32,000 nucleotides of DNA from assembly GCA_025839675.1 (NCBI GenBank), contig CP104013.1:3570001-3602000 (forward strand). The letters are read 5' to 3'. Position 1 is the stretch's first letter. Every line of letters starts with the position of its first letter. Shown one piece after another: positions 25,523 to 32,000 of the stretch. The stretch is from Candidatus Lokiarchaeum ossiferum. Lineage in GTDB: Archaea; Asgardarchaeota; Lokiarchaeia; Sigyniarchaeales; Promethearchaeaceae. The position numbers and the translations under genes were made by a program. The notes beneath the pieces were generated by a model. That model did not search any database. It had not been told where the DNA came from and saw only the letters and a program-made list of their open reading frames with translations.

Positions 25523-27103
25523 TTAAACTAGTGGCCATTTCCCAATCGAAGGCATTTTCAGAAATCGTTTTATTCCTTTTGGGTTTACATTCTTTATAGT
25601 AGCAGGTTTGATTCCCATAAGGGATAATCGTTGATAAATGGCAGTTAGCCGAGTCATAAAGGATTGAAAGTTTTTATTTTCTTTTTGTGTCCAAGCCGTT
25701 TCTGCTACAGCTATGATTCGGGGGAAGACTTGCCACTCAAACCGAGTATTATTGGGAACCCATTCTGTCCATAATGGTGCTTCGACGCCTAAAATGTTTG
25801 AGTGATATTTTGATTCTAATCCGGAAGGAATTGGTTCTAAAGCGTATGTTTTTCGAAGGGGAGTCATCACATAGTTGTAATCTAAATAGACTTGAGTCAA
25901 TTTGGAAACAATTATTTTTCGCCCTTGCCTAAGATGGGAAATAATCTTCTTCTTTCCTCCTATCCACCATTGTCCAACGGCTTCAGGATTCAAGTTTGGA
26001 TGTAGTATTTCATTCCAGCCAATTACTTTTTTGCCTTTGGATGTTAAATAGTTGAACATTCGATTCACAAAGTAGGTTTGGAGATCCTTTTCATCGTCAA
26101 GATTTTTTTCCACAATTCTTTGTTGACAATGGGGACAAGATTTCCATCGTTTCTTGGGGGTTTCATCTCCTCCAATATGAACATAGGTGTAAGGAAACAA
26201 GTTTAAAAGTTCATCAAAAACATTCTGTAAAAATGAAAAGGTTTCCTCTTTCCCCGCACAATATATATCGTGGAAAATTCCAAATTTCGAAGGTACTTCC
26301 ATTTGTGTGCCTAAACATCCGAGATGTGGATAAGCAGCTAATGCGGCACGAGAATGACCGGGTAATTCTATTTCAGGGATGACTTCAATAAATCTTTCCT
26401 TTGCATATCCTACAATTTCTTGAATTTCATCTTGAGTATAAAACCCTTCATGAGGTTGTCCACGGTATTGCTTGCTGAGCCATCCTCCTATTTTTGTGTC
26501 GTTTCGCTTCGAGCCAATTTCTGTCAATTTTGGGTATTTATTTATCTGGATTCGCCATCCCTGATCTTCGGTTAGATGAAAATGGAAACGATTCATTTTA
26601 AAGAGCGCCATTTGATCGAGCATTTTCTTAATCTGAGCTATGGGTTGAAAATGGCGCCCAACATCCAACATAAATCCACGCCATGAAAAACGAGGTGAAT
26701 CTTCAATTAAAACACACGGAATTTTCCATTTAATATCATTTTTTGGCTCATTCTGTTCAATTTCTTTAGGGAGTAATTGGCGGAGCGTTTGAAATCCGTA
26801 GAATAATCCTGCTAAATCTATCGCTTGGATAAGAATCCTAGAAGGTTCTATTCGAAGTTTGTATCCTTCGGGTTTTATATTTGCAGAATTGCTTACCAAT
26901 AAAAATGTAATGTAATTTTCTTCAGAATCCTCTTTGACAGTGTTTTCTATCGGTAAGGGAAATCCTGATGATTTTTGTAGAAATTTCTGAGCCCAGAGGG
27001 CAATGGATTTAGCTTCTGGGTTTGATGAAATGGCGATTTGGTCAGTGAAGTGAAATTTTCCCTCATTTTCAGTGAGGATCGCTGGCATTGGTATTATGTT
27101 CAT
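25523..27103 (-). CDS. Glycoside hydrolase family 20 beta-N-acetylhexosaminidase
   Basis: It has RGFMLDVGRHF, the HFHLTEDQGWRIQI motif, the catalytic-pair region YVHIGGDE, and a W-rich C-terminal barrel segment (APLWTEW). No obvious signal peptide is present. Confidence 0.92.
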   Translation of the reverse strand: MNIIPMPAILTENEGKFHFTDQIAISSNPEAKSIALWAQKFLQKSSGFPLPIENTVKEDSEENYITFLLVSNSANIKPEGYKLRIEPSRILIQAIDLAGLFYGFQTLRQLLPKEIEQNEPKNDIKWKIPCVLIEDSPRFSWRGFMLDVGRHFQPIAQIKKMLDQMALFKMNRFHFHLTEDQGWRIQINKYPKLTEIGSKRNDTKIGGWLSKQYRGQPHEGFYTQDEIQEIVGYAKERFIEVIPEIELPGHSRAALAAYPHLGCLGTQMEVPSKFGIFHDIYCAGKEETFSFLQNVFDELLNLFPYTYVHIGGDETPKKRWKSCPHCQQRIVEKNLDDEKDLQTYFVNRMFNYLTSKGKKVIGWNEILHPNLNPEAVGQWWIGGKKKIISHLRQGRKIIVSKLTQVYLDYNYVMTPLRKTYALEPIPSGLESKYHSNILGVEAPLWTEWVPNNTRFEWQVFPRIIAVAETAWTQKENKNFQSFMTRLTAIYQRLSLMGIKPATIKNVNPKGIKRFLKMPSIGKWPLV

Positions 27104-27127
27104 TTTGATACTTCCGATATTACTAAG

Positions 27128-28804
27128 TTAAAGACGAAAAATTGCTCCATATTTTGCACTTGATACAATCTTGGGATATAATGCGAGAATTCCTCGAAAA
27201 AATTTGGATGGAGGGGCTTGCCATTCTTTCCTCCGCAAGTTGAGTTTCTCTTGAGAAACCATAAGATTTAATTTTCGGTTAGGGATGTCGATTTCAATTA
27301 AATCTCCATTTTGTACTAATCCAATTGGTCCCCCAACTTGGGCTTCAGGACAAACATGGCCAATACAAGGACCACGACTGGCTCCACTGTATCTACCATC
27401 AGTGATCATCGCGACCGAATCACCCAATCCCATCCCTATCAAAATAGCTGCTGGAAGTGATAATTCTCGCATTCCTGGAGATCCTTTAGGACCTTCGTAT
27501 TGAATAACTAAAACATCTCCAGGTTGAACTTGGTTTGAGAGTAAAGCGTCTTTAACCGCTTCTTCAGATTGGAATACTTTGGCAGGACCTGTATGGACCA
27601 TCATGTTGGGATGAACTGCCGATTGTTTCACTATGGCTCCTTCTGGAGCTAATGAACCTTTTAAAACCGCTAGTCCACCTTCAGAATTCAAAGGATGATC
27701 AATCGAATGGATAATCGATGGATTTAAATTTTTTACTTTGGTGATATTTTCTTTCAAATATTTTCCTGTGACAGTAATACAATCCCCATCTAAAATTTCT
27801 TCCAATTCCTTTAAAGTTGCAGGAATTCCTCCTGCGAGATAATAATCTGACAAGTTCCAATTTGAAGCGGGTTTAAATTTACATAGTAGGGGGGTAGTTC
27901 TAGAAAGTTCGTCGAAAATTTCATGAGAAAAATCGAATCCTAATTCATATGCGAAGGCACAACAATGTAGCACCATGTTGCTTGATCCACCGATGGCCAA
28001 CCCTAGCTTAATTCCATTGAGTAAGGCCGATTTTGATAAAATGTCCGTTATTTTCAAAGACTTTTTCAGCAGTTGCATAACTTGTCGACCAGTCTCAATG
28101 GCCAATTTTGTTCGTTCCTTAGAAATGGCGGGAGTCATAGCGCAATTTGGTAAGGAAAGTCCCATTCCTTCCACAATGGATGCCATTGTATTTGCTGTAC
28201 CCATCATATTGCATGCTCCAGGGGAGCTACATGTATGGGTTTCTATTTTTGCGAATGTCTCATCATCAATTTTTCCAGCGTTCCATTCCCCAATAGCTTC
28301 TTTAATGTCAGAAGTTACTTTGATTCCTATTCCAGGAATCTCGGTTGGAGCCATAACTCCGCCTGTTAGAAAAATGGTTGGGAGATTGCATCGGATCGCT
28401 CCCATGACCATTCCAGGAATTATTTTATCACAAGAACAAATGCAAATTAAAGCGTCAAAATTATGGGCTTGGACTTGACACTCAATACTCGCTGCAATTA
28501 TATCACGTGATGGAAGTACATATTTACTATTGGAACCACTGTTTGCAATTCCATCACATATTGCAATCGTATTGAACTCAATCGGAGTACCTCCTCCTTT
28601 TTGAACACCTTGCTTAACGAGTTCAGCTAATTCACGAAGATGAACATGTCCGGGATTTGCTTCAGTAAATGAGTTTGCAATTCCAATATGGGGTTTCTTA
28701 ATTTCTTCTGTCGAATATCCACATCCGCGATATAAAGCTCGCTTGTATGCTAATCTAGGATCAATCTTGCCCAATCCATAAGAAGATGTGGAATTCTTTT
28801 CCAT
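27128..28804 (-). CDS. IlvD/Edd-family dehydratase (dihydroxy-acid or sugar-acid dehydratase)
   Basis: It has [60 protein letters not shown] and ITDGRYSG. The usual DDGIAMGHxGMRYSL motif is replaced by [15 protein letters not shown], so substrate specificity is left open. Confidence 0.88.
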   Translation of the reverse strand: MEKNSTSSYGLGKIDPRLAYKRALYRGCGYSTEEIKKPHIGIANSFTEANPGHVHLRELAELVKQGVQKGGGTPIEFNTIAICDGIANSGSNSKYVLPSRDIIAASIECQVQAHNFDALICICSCDKIIPGMVMGAIRCNLPTIFLTGGVMAPTEIPGIGIKVTSDIKEAIGEWNAGKIDDETFAKIETHTCSSPGACNMMGTANTMASIVEGMGLSLPNCAMTPAISKERTKLAIETGRQVMQLLKKSLKITDILSKSALLNGIKLGLAIGGSSNMVLHCCAFAYELGFDFSHEIFDELSRTTPLLCKFKPASNWNLSDYYLAGGIPATLKELEEILDGDCITVTGKYLKENITKVKNLNPSIIHSIDHPLNSEGGLAVLKGSLAPEGAIVKQSAVHPNMMVHTGPAKVFQSEEAVKDALLSNQVQPGDVLVIQYEGPKGSPGMRELSLPAAILIGMGLGDSVAMITDGRYSGASRGPCIGHVCPEAQVGGPIGLVQNGDLIEIDIPNRKLNLMVSQEKLNLRRKEWQAPPSKFFRGILALYPKIVSSAKYGAIFRL

Positions 28805-28894
28805 TAATATAGCTTAAATATAAAATGATTTAAGTTTTTTTAACCCAATTAAGAAATAAGGAAAAAAAATAGTAATCAAATGTGTTAATAGAAA

Positions 28895-30730
28895 ATGAAC
28901 GATCATACAGGAAAACCCCGATCAGGGGGAGAATATATTGTAGATTATTTGATCCAAGAAAAAATCCCATACGTTTTTGGAATCCCCGGCCATGGTGCTT
29001 TGGGTCTTACCGATGCATTTCTTCGCAGGAAGAATCAGATTAAAGTTATTCAACCAAAACAAGAAATGGCTGGGGTACATATGGCTGTGGGGTATTATCG
29101 GGTAACGGGCCAACCTTTGGCAGTCTTTACAAGTATTGGGCCAGGTGCGATAAATACAACCATTGGGCTTGCTGATGCATTTGTTGACTCTATGCCTGTA
29201 CTTGTTATTACTGGAGATACGCATGTACATATGCGAGGAGTAGGAGTATTACAAGAAATTGAAAGAAAACATGACAGCGCTATGCCCCGAATTGTAGAAC
29301 CCGTAGTTAAACGTTCCTTTGATCTGGCTCATGTCAATCAACTCCCTAAAACATTACAGCGAGCCTTCAATCTTATGTTAACTGGAAGAAGGGGGCCAAT
29401 TCACATAGATCTCCCTATGGATGTGCAATGTGCCCCAATTTCGAAATTATTACCTAACTCAGAGAAACGTCGGACAATGAAACGACCACGAGGTGAAAAA
29501 TCACAAGTAGTTGCTGCAGTTGAAATGCTTGTTAAAGCGAAACGTCCCTTAATTTGGTTAGGTGGTGGTGTTGTCACTTCTGAAGCATTTACAGAAGTTA
29601 AAGCCCTTGCTGAATTTTTAGGCATTCCTGTTTTAGCTTCAATGATGGCAAAAGATGCTTTCCCAAATGATCACCCTCTTTTTGGATGGGCTACTGGGTC
29701 TAAGGGTACAAAATGCGGGATTAGCCTTAGTCGAAAAGCCGATGTTGTTCTTGCCTTAGGAACCCGTTTTGCTGATGAATCGACTTGTTCTTATAAAAAA
29801 GGTGCAGCATGGAATTTTGGACCCAGTCGCAACGACACTCGGTTAATTCAAGTGGATATCGATCCCCATGAAATTGGGAAGAATTATGACACCGATATTG
29901 GCATTATTGGCGATATTAAATCTGTCTTAACTGATATGCTTCAAGAACTCAAACAGAATTTCCAACCAAAGAACTATGTTGGTTCAGAGTATTATAAGGA
30001 AATTCAACAGCTTCGGGCTGAGTGGCTCACCTTTATTGATCAATGGCAAAAACCAGCCTTATCTCCTGTCATGATATCCAGTGTTATCAAGCAAGTTCGC
30101 ACTTTCTTAGATCGAGATGCTATTATAGTCACCAGTTCTGGCAATGTGCAAGCTCAATTAATTCAAGAGCTTGAATTTTATGAACCGCATACGTGTATTA
30201 CAGCCGGAGGATTTTCTACCATGGGTTACACCTTACCTGCTGCAATCGGAGCAAAACTAGGAAAACCAAAAACTCAAGTGATTGGATTGGTTGGAGATGG
30301 GGATTTTATGATGACCATGCAAGAACTATCCACGGCTAAACAATTGAATTTAAATGTGGTCCTAATTGTTCTCAATAATGCGGGATGGATGGCAATAACT
30401 GATTTACAGAGAGATGTTTATGGAAAAAACCATAGTTACGCAACTGAATTTACTGATCACAATGGAAACTCCTATACCCCAAATTTCGCCGATATTGCCA
30501 AAGGGTTTGGATGCTGGGCGACACGTATTTCTAAAATCTCCGAAATTATCCCCAATCTTAAACAAGCATTTTCCCAAGAAGGACCCGCTGTGATAGAAAT
30601 AATGACTTCTCGAGATCCCAAATATTCTGGATCTCCTGCTTGGGGATGGTGGGATGTTCCAATTCCTTCATATATGGAAGAGAAAAGAAAGGTATATTTG
30701 TCGGAAATTCAAGATGAAGATATTTCTTAG
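28895..30730 (+). CDS. Thiamine-diphosphate-dependent enzyme of the acetolactate-synthase large-subunit superfamily (IlvB / IolD / Xsc-like; subfamily unresolved)
   Basis: The N-terminal Pyr domain has FGIPGHGALGL...EMAGVHMAVGY...GPGAINTTIGLADAFVDSMPVLVITGD. The TPP-binding motif is GDGDFMMTMQELSTAKQLNLNVVLIVLNNAGW. It is 611 aa long, and the C-terminal WGWWDVPIP resembles, from memory, the IolD C-terminus. Confidence 0.88.
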   Translation: MNDHTGKPRSGGEYIVDYLIQEKIPYVFGIPGHGALGLTDAFLRRKNQIKVIQPKQEMAGVHMAVGYYRVTGQPLAVFTSIGPGAINTTIGLADAFVDSMPVLVITGDTHVHMRGVGVLQEIERKHDSAMPRIVEPVVKRSFDLAHVNQLPKTLQRAFNLMLTGRRGPIHIDLPMDVQCAPISKLLPNSEKRRTMKRPRGEKSQVVAAVEMLVKAKRPLIWLGGGVVTSEAFTEVKALAEFLGIPVLASMMAKDAFPNDHPLFGWATGSKGTKCGISLSRKADVVLALGTRFADESTCSYKKGAAWNFGPSRNDTRLIQVDIDPHEIGKNYDTDIGIIGDIKSVLTDMLQELKQNFQPKNYVGSEYYKEIQQLRAEWLTFIDQWQKPALSPVMISSVIKQVRTFLDRDAIIVTSSGNVQAQLIQELEFYEPHTCITAGGFSTMGYTLPAAIGAKLGKPKTQVIGLVGDGDFMMTMQELSTAKQLNLNVVLIVLNNAGWMAITDLQRDVYGKNHSYATEFTDHNGNSYTPNFADIAKGFGCWATRISKISEIIPNLKQAFSQEGPAVIEIMTSRDPKYSGSPAWGWWDVPIPSYMEEKRKVYLSEIQDEDIS

Positions 30731-30739
30731 TTTTTTTTT
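30731..30739 (+). terminator. T9 oligo-T tract immediately after the stop codon
   Basis: Nine T residues begin at the base after the TAG (30728-30730). A further T5 run follows 10 nt later. Confidence 0.5.
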
Positions 30740-30769
30740 AAACATTTTCTTTTTCAATCTGATAAGCTA

Positions 30770-32000
30770 TTAATTTTGAACCACTGCTGGAAGGAAGAAA
30801 CTTATATATGTTCCTACTCCGACTTCCGATTGTAGCTTTATATTTCCATTGTGCTTTTTTATAATTGAATACGTTGTCGGTAGTCCAATTCCCTTATGAT
30901 CGGGTTTAGTCGTAAAATAGGGATCAAATACCTTCATGATGTTTTCTGGCTGAATTCCAATTCCTGTGTCAGTAATACTAATTTGTACATAATTGTCCGA
31001 AACCAATCCAAAATCGGAATTATTAGGAATTGCAATATTATCAAAAATTATTGTTAATAATCCACTATTCGGCATGGATTCAAGTGCATTTATAATTAAA
31101 TTGCTGATTGCGAGCTCCATTTGTTCTTTATCAAATTTTACTGGCCAAATCTCAGTCTTAACTTGCACGTCATAGGAGATATTAGAGTTATGAAGCAATT
31201 CATCAATCATATTTTTAACCAATTTCACAGGATCCCCTAGTTTTTTGATTGGATTTCCCCCTTCTGCAAATGTTAGATATTGATTTGCTAATTTTTTAGC
31301 TCGATACGCGGCGGACTCAATATCATTAACAATTTCTTCTTTTTCTGGACCTAAATCGTCTTCCTCTTTAATAATTGAGATATTTCCGATGATGGATGTT
31401 AGTATATTATTAAAATCATGTGCAATGCCCCCTGCTAAAGTACTTATGGAATTCAGATTTCTTGATATTACACTTTCCTCCTCAAAATAGGATAATTTTG
31501 TGATGTCTCGGAATAAAATGATAAATCCTGTCAATTCACCACGAAAATTGAGTGTAGGTCTAACGCTTTCTGAGACTATCCGTTTTTGCTTATCTTTCGA
31601 AATTAAATAACACTCTCGAGAAGGTTTTGACGTGGGATCTTTGAGTATTTCATCAAAATATGTTGGATGTGTGTCTTTGTCATTCAGATTTCGTGTTATA
31701 TAGACATCTTCCAATAAATGTGCTTTAGCTTCTGAATATCGAATTCCTGTCATAATCTCCGCTTTCTGATTCATTAATGCAATTTGGTGATCTAAATTTA
31801 GAATGAGGAGTCCATCGGTCAGGTGATTTATTGTCATAATGAGACGGCTTGATTCCTTCAATAATTCTTCATTTCTTCTGTGGGAATGCATTAAAATGAA
31901 GGAAAGTCCTTGAAAAAGAATAAAAACTACATTAACTGAATCAAAAATTACCCCCTTCTCTTTGTAGATATCAATTAGTGGAAAACAGAGATAATTAATG
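30770..32000 (-). CDS. PAS-domain sensor histidine kinase, N-terminus truncated by the window edge
   Basis: The reading frame stays open upstream of the first Met (31891) to nt 32000, and there encodes a hydrophobic segment (VVFILFQGLSFILM). Motifs present: a PAS-like segment (LTDGLLILNLDHQIALMNQKAEIMTG), H-box GGIAHDFNNILT, N-box ISNLIINALESM, G1 ITDTGIGI and G2 GIGLPTTYSII. Confidence 0.9.
   Translation of the reverse strand, partial: INYLCFPLIDIYKEKGVIFDSVNVVFILFQGLSFILMHSHRRNEELLKESSRLIMTINHLTDGLLILNLDHQIALMNQKAEIMTGIRYSEAKAHLLEDVYITRNLNDKDTHPTYFDEILKDPTSKPSRECYLISKDKQKRIVSESVRPTLNFRGELTGFIILFRDITKLSYFEEESVISRNLNSISTLAGGIAHDFNNILTSIIGNISIIKEEDDLGPEKEEIVNDIESAAYRAKKLANQYLTFAEGGNPIKKLGDPVKLVKNMIDELLHNSNISYDVQVKTEIWPVKFDKEQMELAISNLIINALESMPNSGLLTIIFDNIAIPNNSDFGLVSDNYVQISITDTGIGIQPENIMKVFDPYFTTKPDHKGIGLPTTYSIIKKHNGNIKLQSEVGVGTYISFFLPAVVQN

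Noticed and set aside
27975-28478. 167-aa ORF antisense to the IlvD/Edd gene. Similar antisense ORFs lie at 14516-14905, 15315-15743, 11447-11731, 12874-13188, 28922-29230, 29401-29625 and 20662-20937.
   Set aside because: All are nested in the opposite strand of genes with strong family signatures. They show no motifs and are expected by chance in longer or more GC-rich coding regions.
1-32000. Search for tRNA, rRNA, other GC-rich structured RNA islands, IS elements, integrases or prophage remnants
   Set aside because: No intergenic region shows the GC-rich, stem-forming character expected of RNA genes in an AT-rich archaeal genome. No transposase- or integrase-like ORF or terminal inverted repeats were seen.

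Overview
This is an AT-rich archaeal chromosomal window. The archaeal call rests on a canonical proteasome alpha subunit, a PGF-CTERM-type surface anchor, a Tes/GDGT-MAS-like radical SAM enzyme and oligo-T terminators. Long E/K coiled coils, LGN-type TPR arrays, longin/roadblock-like modules and a PPP-type phosphatase fold fit an Asgard (Lokiarchaeia-like) genome, but that placement is inference only. I support 24 protein-coding genes, two of them cut by the window edges. I saw no rRNA, tRNA, CRISPR array, transposase or integrase. Roughly half the window is ordinary metabolism: a SIS isomerase, PfkB kinase, amidohydrolase and GPH transporter cluster; a Gfo/Idh/MocA plus flavin-reductase pair; and GH20 hexosaminidase, an IlvD/Edd dehydratase and a TPP enzyme. 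Five observations stand out. (1) A 1025-aa coiled-coil protein carries a complete PPP Ser/Thr-phosphatase fold in which nearly all metal and catalytic motifs are substituted, plus an EEY-rich acidic tail. (2) It is divergently paired with a PD-(D/E)XK nuclease fused to an XPD/DinG-type Fe-S helicase. (3) A longin/roadblock-like module occurs twice: as a small ORF 49 nt downstream of the Tes-like radical SAM gene, and as the C-terminal domain of a 701-aa TPR protein. (4) A 21-23 bp tandem repeat duplicates the start-codon region of the SIS gene and creates upstream mini-ORFs. (5) A PGF-CTERM sorting signal sits on a PPC-domain surface protein. All family calls come from motif recognition by eye; no searches were run.
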